Below are positions 55,423 to 64,000 of a stretch of 64,000 nt of DNA, piece after piece. The notes below the pieces were generated by a model. The model searched no databases. It worked only from the letters and a program-made list of their open reading frames with translations, and had not been told where the DNA came from. The position numbers and the translations under genes are program-made. This DNA is from an uncultured Verrucomicrobiae bacterium. GTDB taxonomy: Bacteria; Verrucomicrobiota; Verrucomicrobiia; Chthoniobacterales; Chthoniobacteraceae. Numbering within the stretch: position 1 is the first letter of the stretch; each line of letters begins with the position of its first letter. The stretch spans positions 1,152,001-1,216,000 of the forward strand of contig CAVYKI010000009.1 in assembly GCA_963769025.1 (NCBI GenBank), given 5' to 3'.

Positions 55423-57153
55423 ATGTCAGCCACCGCATCGCCCCACCCTTCCTCCGGGCGGCTGCTCCGGCTGTTTGTCTGGCTGCGCTGGCGCAGCCTC
55501 GCCGCGCACTTTGCAAAGTCCCGCCGCGAATCGCCGCTGCTCGTCTTCATCCTCGCGGGATTCGTGCTGTGCTACCTCGTGTTCGGGTTCGTGCTTTTCC
55601 GCTCCGGGCTCGCGTATCTCTACCGCTTCCCGCTGGTCGGCAGCCTGCTCGCGGAGCGCATCCTGTATCTCATCTTCGGGTTCTTTTTCCTCATGCTCGT
55701 GGTGTCGAACCTCATCATCGGCTACTCGACGCTATTCCGGAATCGCGAGGCGCAATGGTTTCTCTCGCTGCCCATCCGCCACCGCGACGTGTACCGCTGG
55801 AAATTCATCGAGGCCCTCGGCATTTCGTCGTGGGCGCTCGTCTTTCTCAGCGCGCCGATGCTCGCGGCGTACGGCGTGGTGCACGACGTGCCGTGGAAAT
55901 TCTATTTCCAAGTCGCGCTCGGCTACCTGCCGTTTGTGATCATCCCCGCCGTCGCAGGTTCGTGGCTGATCCTGCTCCTCGTACGGATGCTCTCCACCCG
56001 GTGGGCCAAGCCCGTGTTCCTCGGCGCTGCTGCGATTCTCCTGGCGTACATTTTCCTCGGATCAAAGCCGGTCACGGAAACCGAAGCCGCGAACGCCGGC
56101 GAGGTGCTGATATTTCCAAAGCTCATGCAGGGCTCGCGGGCGGCGACGAATCCGTTCCTGCCGAGCTCGTGGCTCGCGATGGCGATCCGGAGCTGGAGCA
56201 TCGAAGGCATGGGAAGGAGCGGGCTGTTCTTCTTCCTGCTGCTGCTGAGCTACGCGCTGTTCGGGCTGGTGCTTGCGTTTGAACTGGCGGGCCGCGCCTA
56301 CTACGGGAGCTGGTCCGCGGCGCTCGGCTCGCAGGCGGAACGCCAGCAGCGCGACAGCGCGGCCAAGCGGCAGCGCAACCGGCGCATCACGCCGCTCGCC
56401 TGGCTCCAGGCAAAACTGCGCCCGCTCTCGCCGCGCATGGTCGCTCTCGTCTTCAAGGACATCCGAGTCTTCTGGCGCGACCCGGTGCAGTGGACGCAGT
56501 TCATGATTTTCTTCGGCCTGCTCTGCATCTACGTGGCGAATCTGCGGAACGTGTCCATCGAGTTCCAGCAAGGCTACTGGGAGACGCTCATCAGCTACCT
56601 GAACCTCGCCGCCAGCGCGCTCACGCTGAGCACGCTCACGACTCGCTTCGTGTTTCCGATGTTCAGCCTCGAGGGGCGCCGCGTGTGGATCCTCGGGCTC
56701 TCTCCCGTCGGCCTGCGTGGCGTGGTGCTGCAGAAATTCTGGTCGAGCTTCATCGCGTCGGCCCTCATCACGGTGCTGCTCATGAGTGCGTCGTCCGTCA
56801 TTCTTCGCCTCGGCTGGTCGCGCGGGCTGTACTTCGGCTCGGCCATCCTGCTCATGAGCGCCGCGCTCTCCGGCCTCGCGGCCGGGCTCGGCGCGCTCTT
56901 TCCCGCGTTCAAGGAGGAGAATCCATCGAAGATCGTCTCAAGCTTCGGCGGCACGCTGTGCCTTGTCATCAGCTTCGTGTTCAACACGGCGGTCGTCGCC
57001 ATCCTCGCGGTGCCGGACATGTTCGCGACCACCGGACATCCGCTGCCGATTCCCCGCTGGCTCGCGCCCTCGATCGCGGCCGCGATCTGCCTGGCGGTTG
57101 CGGTCATTCCGATGTCACTTGCACTTCGGCGCGTGAAAAGTCTGGAAATCTAG
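55423..57153 (+). CDS. Putative ABC exporter permease (ABC-2-like, ~12+ TM)
   Basis: Two-fold membrane architecture; FLSLPIR, KDIRVFWRDP.QW, RFVFPMFSLEG..WIL..SP, GLGA.FP.F..NP.KI. Confidence 0.8.
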   Translation: MSATASPHPSSGRLLRLFVWLRWRSLAAHFAKSRRESPLLVFILAGFVLCYLVFGFVLFRSGLAYLYRFPLVGSLLAERILYLIFGFFFLMLVVSNLIIGYSTLFRNREAQWFLSLPIRHRDVYRWKFIEALGISSWALVFLSAPMLAAYGVVHDVPWKFYFQVALGYLPFVIIPAVAGSWLILLLVRMLSTRWAKPVFLGAAAILLAYIFLGSKPVTETEAANAGEVLIFPKLMQGSRAATNPFLPSSWLAMAIRSWSIEGMGRSGLFFFLLLLSYALFGLVLAFELAGRAYYGSWSAALGSQAERQQRDSAAKRQRNRRITPLAWLQAKLRPLSPRMVALVFKDIRVFWRDPVQWTQFMIFFGLLCIYVANLRNVSIEFQQGYWETLISYLNLAASALTLSTLTTRFVFPMFSLEGRRVWILGLSPVGLRGVVLQKFWSSFIASALITVLLMSASSVILRLGWSRGLYFGSAILLMSAALSGLAAGLGALFPAFKEENPSKIVSSFGGTLCLVISFVFNTAVVAILAVPDMFATTGHPLPIPRWLAPSIAAAICLAVAVIPMSLALRRVKSLEI

Positions 57154-57190
57154 CGGAGGCCCGGCATGGTGCGCATCGCTGCCCAGCGAC

Positions 57191-57811
57191 ATGCCCAACC
57201 CACCGCGCGACCAATTCCTCGACCTGCCAGAAGGCGACCCACTCTCTACGGAACACCTCGACGAAAAGGTCCAGCAAGCGGAGCAGCAGGAGCAATCGCT
57301 GAAGCGGCAACTCGAGACGATCGAGAAGCAGAAGCGCGAGCTTGAGGACCTCAGCCGCCGCCAGGAAGCCTTCACCTCCGGGCGCAACGACGCCGTGGAC
57401 AAGCTCACCCGCGCCCTCGTCGTGGTCGAGCGCGAGACGATGGATGCCAGCAAGCGCCTCGAACTGCTTCAGAACATCAGCGCCTCGTTTGCCCAGCACC
57501 TTGAGATGATCGAGTCCATCAATCCCAAGTCGTGGGAGGGTGCCGACATCAACAAGGAGCTGACGCGAGCCATGGCCGCCGTGGACGACGCGCGCGGGGA
57601 ATACAACCGTTCCTTTCCCAAGATTTGCATCATCCCCGACCAGACCGTGGGCGACCCCGCCACCGATCAGGGATACGCCGGAGACCCGACCGGCGGCGAC
57701 GGCAAGGATTTCATCGGCTGGCTGAAAATCGGGTTCGCATTTTCGCTGCCGCTCATCGTTCTCGGGCTCATCGCCCTCGTCGTCATCGCCAGCCGCCTGC
57801 CGGCAAAGTAG
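57191..57811 (+). CDS. Hypothetical coiled-coil protein with C-terminal TM anchor
   Basis: Heptad-rich N-terminal part; terminal IGFAFSLPLIVLGLIALVVIA. Confidence 0.85.
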   Translation: MPNPPRDQFLDLPEGDPLSTEHLDEKVQQAEQQEQSLKRQLETIEKQKRELEDLSRRQEAFTSGRNDAVDKLTRALVVVERETMDASKRLELLQNISASFAQHLEMIESINPKSWEGADINKELTRAMAAVDDARGEYNRSFPKICIIPDQTVGDPATDQGYAGDPTGGDGKDFIGWLKIGFAFSLPLIVLGLIALVVIASRLPAK

Positions 57812-57813
57812 CC

Positions 57814-58182
57814 ATGGCCCGGAAACCCGATCGCAACTCCAAAGGTGAGTCTCCGATTCACTCCAAACAGCAGCAGCTCGCGCAGCAGGAAGAGCACTTG
57901 AAGGCGCGCCTGAACCAGACGCGCGATTTCCTGAAGAAGGTCCCCGCGCTCAAGGACGAGGTGCAGAAGAAGCAGCAGCGCGAAATCATCGACCGGTTCA
58001 ACCACCCGGCAAGACTGGAAGGCCCGACGGATTTCCGCCTCAACTTCGACCACGGCCGCAATGCAAAGCCACCGCCGAAACTCCGCAAGGAACGCAGCAA
58101 GGCCCCGCTCTTCACGCTTCTCCTTCTCGTCATCTTCGTCGTGGTGGCCTACTTCGCCTGGAAGGCGCTCTGGCAGGGCTGA
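57814..58182 (+). CDS. Hypothetical small coiled-coil protein with C-terminal TM anchor
   Basis: MARKPDRNSK...QQQLAQQEEHLKARL...LFTLLLLVIFVVVAYFAW; ATG 2 nt after the previous stop. Confidence 0.8.
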   Translation: MARKPDRNSKGESPIHSKQQQLAQQEEHLKARLNQTRDFLKKVPALKDEVQKKQQREIIDRFNHPARLEGPTDFRLNFDHGRNAKPPPKLRKERSKAPLFTLLLLVIFVVVAYFAWKALWQG

Positions 58183-58247
58183 GCAGACGGCACGTCGCAG
58201 GAAAGCAGCATTGCGGCGAAGTGCCGCGTCACCGCATAAAGGCGTGC

Positions 58248-59436
58248 ATGTATTACCGCCGCTTCGGTCGCACGAATTTGCAAATGCCGGTCTTCTCCTG
58301 CGGGGGGATGCGATACCAGCAGAGCTGGGATGATGTGAAGCCGGAGGCGGTCGAGGAGGCGGGGCAGCGGAATCTGGAGGCGACGATCCTGCGTTCGCTG
58401 GAACTGGGCATCAACCACATCGAGACGGCGCGCGGCTATGGCAGCAGCGAGATGCAGCTCGGCTGGATCCTGCCGCGACTGCCGAGGGAAAAGATGATCG
58501 TGCAGACGAAGATCGCGCCGTTCGCCACGGCGCGGGAGTTTCGCGAGACGTTCGACAAATCGATGGCGTACCTGAAGCTCGACCACGTGGACCTTCTCTC
58601 GCTCCACGGGATCAACAACGCGGAGCTTCTCGACTGGTCGCTGCGCAAGGGCGGCTGCCTGGACGAGGCGCGCAAGCTCCAGCGCGAGGGTCGCTGCCGG
58701 TTCATCGGCTTCAGCACGCACGCGACGACGGACCTGATCGTGAAGGCCATCGAGAGCGACGGGTTCGATTACATCAATGTCCACTGGTACTTTGTGAACG
58801 AGATGAACTGGGCCGCGGTGCAGGCGGCGACGGCGCGCGACATGGGCGTGTTCATCATCAGCCCCACGGACAAGGGCGGGAAGCTCTACACGCCGCCGCA
58901 GAAGCTCACGGAGCTCTGCGCGCCGCTGTCGCCGATCCAGTTCAACGACCTGTGGTGCCTCGCGCGCCCGGAGGTCCACACGCTGAGCGTCGGCGCGGCA
59001 AAGCCGTCCGATTTCGACGAGCACATCGCCGTCGCTCGCGCATTACGACGAGGCGCGGGAGATCACGGCACCCATCGAGGCGCGCCTGCGCGAAGCGATG
59101 CAGGGTGAACTCGGCGCGGAATGGTGCGCGCGGTGGGGCGAGGGGCTGCCGAATTACACGGACGTGCCCGGCGAGGTGAACGTGCAGGAGATCCTCCGGC
59201 TCTACACTTACGCCCGCGGGCTCGACCTCACGGATTGGGGCAAGATGCGATACAACCTGATGGGCAACGCCGGGCACTGGTTCCCCGGCGCCAACGCGGC
59301 GGCCTTCGACGCGGCGGCAGTGCGCGCCGCGTGTTCAAGGAGCCCGTTTGCCGACCGCATTCCGCAGGTTCTCACCGAGGCGCACGCGCTCCTTCATGAC
59401 GCACCGAAGAAAAGGCTGAGCGAAGGCGGTGCGTGA
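58248..59436 (+). CDS. Aldo/keto reductase, long form; 1 frameshift near 59035
   Basis: MYYRRFGRTNLQMPVFSCGGMRYQ, HIETARGYGSSE, IGFSTH, ISPTDKGG, KMRYNLMGNAGHWFPG. Confidence 0.88.
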
Positions 59437-59473
59437 GGCGGGCCAAGCGGTGCCGAGAAGTGGCCGGCATCCG

Positions 59474-60169
59474 CTACCAGTTCTTCACCCAGTTTGCCCA
59501 CACCACGTCGTCGGTCTCACTGGATTTCCTGGAGGTCTTGCCGCCAGTGGACCAAAGATCGAAGCTCCCCGGGTTGAAGCCTTGAAGCGCATTGCCACTC
59601 GGGCGGACGATCGAACTCCTGTTATTGGGGTTTAGCAGCAGCTGCTTCTGGTAGTCCTGCTCATTCTTCGCGGCCGCTGTCGAGTAGGCGTAGGGAAATC
59701 CAAACGGGTCCTGGAGGTAATTGACTCCGGTGATCGCCTTGGTCGTGGAGTTCTTGGTCGCGTTCAGGATGCGCGGTTCGAACTCCTTCATGTAGCGCGG
59801 CTCCCCGTCGTCAGGAATGCCGTCCGGCTTGGTGCCGTTGCCCTTTTTGTCACCGGTGAGCTCCTTGTAGAGGAAGAGCGAGGAGTCCGAGTATTTCGTG
59901 GTCGTCGGTATGAAATCGGTCTTGGGCGAAATCACGTCCGTCACACTGGTGCCGTTGGTGGGAACGTCCCGCGGGTAGTTGCCGTTGTCGGACTTGTAGC
60001 TCTCGCACGCGGAGCTGAGCATCGCGATTTCCCCTGCCGCCCGCGAAAGCGCGCTCTTCTTTTGCACGTAGCCGCCGACCGACAGCACCAGGCCGGCGAG
60101 GACGACGATGATCGCGAGCACCGTCAGCATTTCGAGCAGCGTGAACGCGGATGTGGGGGTCTTTCTCAT
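59474..60169 (-). CDS. Type IV pilin/pseudopilin-like protein (GspG-like C-terminus)
   Basis: MRKTPTSA/FTLLEMLTVLAII class III signal; Y..D.G.YP, DPFG.PY.Y, FDLWSTG, NW. Confidence 0.88.
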   Translation of the reverse strand: MRKTPTSAFTLLEMLTVLAIIVVLAGLVLSVGGYVQKKSALSRAAGEIAMLSSACESYKSDNGNYPRDVPTNGTSVTDVISPKTDFIPTTTKYSDSSLFLYKELTGDKKGNGTKPDGIPDDGEPRYMKEFEPRILNATKNSTTKAITGVNYLQDPFGFPYAYSTAAAKNEQDYQKQLLLNPNNRSSIVRPSGNALQGFNPGSFDLWSTGGKTSRKSSETDDVVWANWVKNW

Positions 60170-60211
60170 GGTCGGAAAATATCCGCTTCCCCCGGCGGGG
60201 CCATCGGATTC

Positions 60212-61520
60212 TCAGTTCGTGTTGCGTCTGCATCTTCTCGATGATTTTGATCAGCGGGAGGAAGAGCGCGATGACGATGGTGCCGACGATGAACGCGAGG
60301 AACACGATCATGATCGGCTCGAGGAGCGAGGTGAGGCTCTCGACGGCGTTGTCCACTTCGTCGTCATAGACCTCGGCCACCTTCAGCAGCATCTCGGGGA
60401 GCTGGCCGGTCTCCTCGCCGACGTCCACCATGCTGATCACCATCGGCGGGAAAACGCCGCTCGCCTCGAGGGGCGACACGATGCTTTCGCCTTCCTTCAC
60501 GGCGTCGTGGACCTTGGTGATCGCGTCCGCGAGGACGACGTTGCCCGCGGTTTCCTTCGTGATGTTGAGCGCCTGGAGAATCGGCACGCCGCTGGTCACG
60601 AGCGTGCCCAGGGTGCGGGTGAAGCGCGCGATCGCGCCCTTGCGCGAAATGTCGCCAAAGATGGGCAGGCGCAGCTTCATCCTGTCGAGGAACTCGCGCC
60701 CCTTCTCCGTGTTGTTCAGCGACCACCAGCCGCCGCCGATCGCCCCGATCGCGATCAGCGTGAACCAGAGGTTTGGCGGAACGAACATGCCCTTCACAAA
60801 ATCGCTGGTGGCCATGACCCACAGGGTCAGCGCCGGCAGCTTCTCGCTCTCGCCGAGCATGTCCTTGAAGATCTGCGCAAACTTCGGAACGATCGTCGTG
60901 AGGAGGAACACGAGGATGAGGAGCGCGATCACCAGCACCACGACCGGGTAGGTCATCGCCGACTTGATCTTGTTCTTCAGCTTCTGCGCCTTTTCCTGGA
61001 ATTCCGCCAGACGGGTCAGCACGAGCTCAAGCACGCCGCCGATTTCGCCCGCCTTCACCATGCTCACGTAGAGCCGCTGAAAAATCCGCGGATGCTGCCC
61101 CATGGCCTCGGAGAAAGTGCTGCCTCCCTGCACGGACTCCGCGATTGCGACGATCGATTCGCGCAGGACGGGATCCTTTTCCTGCTTGGCGAGCACGTTC
61201 AGGCCCTTGAGCAGCGGCAAGCCCGCATCGATGAGCGTCGCCAGCTGGCGCGTGAAGATCATCAGCGTCTTGGTCGGGATGGTCTTCCGCTTGAAAAGTG
61301 TGAAGCCCTTTTTCTCCGACGACCTTGCCACCACTGCGGTCTTTGCGGCGGCCTTGCCGGCTTTCGCGGGCTTCTTCGCCTGTCCCTCGGGCGCTACGCT
61401 CGTGGGGAAAAATCCCTGCTGCCTCAATTGCGCGACCACATCGTTTTGCGAGGAGGCTTCGACGACTCCCTGGGACTCGGCGCCCCGGGCGTCGAGGGCG
61501 GTATATTCAAATCTCGGCAT
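60212..61520 (-). CDS. pilC: Type IV pilus/T2SS inner-membrane platform protein (PilC/GspF)
   Basis: FTRQLATLIDAGLPL, MVKAGEIGGVL, AMTYP, TLVTSGVPIL, GEETGQL, LEPIMI. The true stop is probably the TGA at 60214-60212; the track ORF overruns because of an apparent indel. Confidence 0.9.
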
Positions 61521-61608
61521 ATGATGGGGCTTGGGGGCTCTGTGCGTGGATGTTGGTCGCGACGGGAAATCTTGTCCATCCGAATCCCGGCCGCACCTGA
61601 ATAACCCG

Positions 61609-63296
61609 TTACGTGTACTTGAGCACCTCTTCGATGGTGGTCTCGCCGAGGTAAATCGAACGCAGGCCGTCCTGCCGCAGCGTGTCCATGCCGAGTTCGA
61701 TGGCCTTCTGCTTCATCACCACGGACGGGGCGCGCTCGTTGATGAGCTGGCGCAGCGGATCGGTGATGTCGAGCAGCTCGTAGATGCCCTTTCGGCCGCG
61801 GTAGCCGGTGTTGTTGCAGACGTCGCAACCGCCGCCGTAGTAAAAGCTCTTGTCGCCGATTTCCTGCGGCGTGAGGCCGAGCTGGGCGAGCACGCTCTCG
61901 CTCGGCTCGTACGGCTTCCGGCACGTCGGGCAAATGCGGCGGATGAGGCGCTGGCCGAGCACCGCCTCGAGCGACGCCGAGATGAGGAACGGCTCCACGC
62001 CCATGTCGATGAGACGGGTCACCGCACCGGGCGCGTCGTTCGTGTGCAGCGTGGTGAAGACGAGATGCCCGGTGAGCGAGGCCTGGATCGCGATCTGCGC
62101 CGTCTCCACGTCGCGCGTTTCACCGACCATGATGCGGTCGGGGTCCTGACGCAGGAACGCGCGCAGCACGCGCGCAAAATTCAGCCCGATGCCCTCGTTG
62201 ATCGGCACCTGGATGATGCCCTCGATTTCGTACTCCACCGGGTCCTCCGCCGTGAGCACCTTCGAGTCCACCGTGTTGATCTTGTTCAGGCACGCATAGA
62301 GCGTCGTCGTCTTGCCCGAGCCGGTCGGTCCGGTGACGATGAAGATGCCGTTCGGCTGCTCGATCGTGTTCAGCAGGTATTTGTAGATGTTGTCCGGCAT
62401 TCCGAGCGACTCGAGCTCCAGCTTCACCGTGCTGCGATCGAGCACGCGGAGCACGACCGATTCGCCAAACTGCGTGGGCAGCGTGCTCACGCGGAGGTCC
62501 ACCTGGCGGCCCGCGATGTGCGTCTGGATGCGCCCGTCCTGCGGGATGCGGCGCTCGGCGATGTTCAGGTTCGACATCACCTTCACGCGCGAAATCACCG
62601 GGTTCGCGAGATGCCGCGGCGGCGGCGACATTTCGTAAAGCGCGCCGTCCACCCGGTAGCGGATCTTGAACTCCGTCTCGAACGGCTCGAAGTGAATGTC
62701 GCTCGCGCGGTCCTGGATGGCCTGCGCCAGCACGAGGTCCACGTAGCGGATGATCGGCGCGGCATTCGCCTCAGTTCTCGATTTCCTTGATGTCGAGATC
62801 CTTGCCTTCGCCGCCAAACTGAATGCCTCCGCCGAGCTCGGCCAGGATCGAGTCGAGGCTCGCGGCATCCGAGCCGTAGTGCTTCTTGATCAGATCTTCG
62901 ATCTGGTAAACGGCCGCGACGACGGGATGGACGTCCTTCCCGATCGCGAACCGCAGATCCTCCACAGTCTGCGCATTCAGCGGATCGACCAGCGCGACCT
63001 GCAGCATGTTGTCCTCATACCCGAGCGGGAATGCGCGGTGAAGCTGCGCCAGCCCGGCAGGCAGCAGCTTCAGCAGCTCGGCCGGCGGCGAAAAATCCTT
63101 CAAGTTCACAAACTCCGAACCGATCGCATTCGCGAGCGTCTGGTAGTAGCCCTCCTCGGTCACCGCCTGGTACTCCACGAGCACGTCGCACAGGGTCTTC
63201 CCCGTCCTGGCGACCTCCTGCAAAATGTCGTCCTGCGACGGCCTGGTCCACGAGTCCCTGTTCGACGAAGATGGCGAGTGTTTGTCTTGCGTTCAT
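61609..63296 (-). CDS. pilB: Type IV pilus assembly ATPase (PilB/GspE); 2 apparent frameshifts (~63240, ~62770)
   Basis: N-terminal MshEN/GSPII_E_N-like region, [43 protein letters not shown], tetracysteine CPTC/CDVC. Confidence 0.92.
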
Positions 63297-63314
63297 TGGT
63301 GCGAAATCAGCGTG

Positions 63315-64000
63315 TCAGCGTCGGGGTTCGCGCCCGGCGAGCAGTTGGGCGACAAGCTCGGGATCCTGGGCTTTTCCGAAGACCTCCTCCCGCGCGATGA
63401 CGCCGCCAAGGTAGAGGTCCACGAGGGATTGCTCGATGGTGTTCATGCCGTACTTCGCGCCGGTCTGGATTTCGGTCGCGAGGCGGAAGGTCTTGTTGTC
63501 GCGGATGAGCGCGGCGACGGAGGGCGTGTTCACCATCACTTCGAAAACGGCGATGCGCCCCGGACGATCGATCCGCGGGACGAGGAGCTGGGAAATCACC
63601 GCCTTCAGGTTCGTCGAGAGCTGCACGCGGATCTGCTCCTGCTGGTGCGCGGGAAATGAATCCACGATGCGATCCACCGTCCGGCCCGCGCCGGTCGTGT
63701 GGAGCGTGGAAAAGACGAGATGCCCCGTCTCCGCGGCGCGGATCGCCGTCTCCATCGTCTCGAGGTCGCGCATTTCGCCGACCAGGATCACGTCCGGATC
63801 CTGCCGCAGCGCGCGGCGGAGCCCGTCGGCAAACGATGACACGTCCGTGCCGACTTCCCGCTGGTTCACCATGCCCGCCTGATGCTCGTGAATGTATTCG
63901 ATCGGGTCTTCGATCGTCACGATGTGATGCCCGAGGTGCGTGTTGATCTCGTTCAGCATCGCCGCAAGCGTGGTCGTCTTGCCGGATCCGGTGGGGCCGG
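63315..64000 (-). CDS. pilT: Type IV pilus retraction ATPase; 5' end outside the window
   Basis: [68 protein letters not shown]. Confidence 0.93.
   Translation of the reverse strand, partial: GPTGSGKTTTLAAMLNEINTHLGHHIVTIEDPIEYIHEHQAGMVNQREVGTDVSSFADGLRRALRQDPDVILVGEMRDLETMETAIRAAETGHLVFSTLHTTGAGRTVDRIVDSFPAHQQEQIRVQLSTNLKAVISQLLVPRIDRPGRIAVFEVMVNTPSVAALIRDNKTFRLATEIQTGAKYGMNTIEQSLVDLYLGGVIAREEVFGKAQDPELVAQLLAGREPRR

Noticed and set aside
59850..60211. Apparent PilC C-terminal extension overlapping the pilin gene
   Set aside because: The sequence after KIIEKMQTQ is out-of-frame nonsense and a TGA lies one frame away at 60214-60212; most likely an indel error.

Overview
A GC-rich chromosomal core-genome segment, most consistent with Verrucomicrobiota (Chthoniobacterales-like). 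This is inferred from DapL, the AFTLLE-type pilin, the ExbB/ExbD/ExbD module and the scpAB-pheA linkage. It encodes about 48 proteins plus tRNA-Ala(GGC): smc (running off the left edge), three aldo/keto reductases, an RND pump and MFP, dapL, a GT87, an ABC-F, cysK, an internally deleted IS3 element, HAD/ThuA/PIG-L enzymes, a PpiD-like chaperone, TPR-ExbB-ExbD-ExbD, RidA/GntP/SDR, scpA-scpB-pheA, DUF4407, rhomboid, DAGK, AsmA-rsmD-trmB, comEC, an Stf0 sulfotransferase, Bpt, alpha-2-macroglobulin-pbpC, carB, a B12 radical SAM, an orphan permease with two tail-anchored proteins, and pilT-pilB-pilC-pilin (running off the right edge). Many conserved or essential genes are broken by single-base frameshifts, most likely sequencing or polishing errors. 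No CRISPR, rRNA, prophage or reverse transcriptase was seen. The most unusual signal is a family of hairpin elements built as [4 x 7-mer]-loop-[4 x inverse 7-mer]. Two stop-free copies sit in frame inside the radical SAM gene, and a third copy with a different, stop-containing heptamer sits between divergent genes. Other notable items are a compositionally alien in-frame patch in carB, an ExbB with a C-terminal zinc ribbon, NrdR-like boxes upstream of smc, and a REP doublet.
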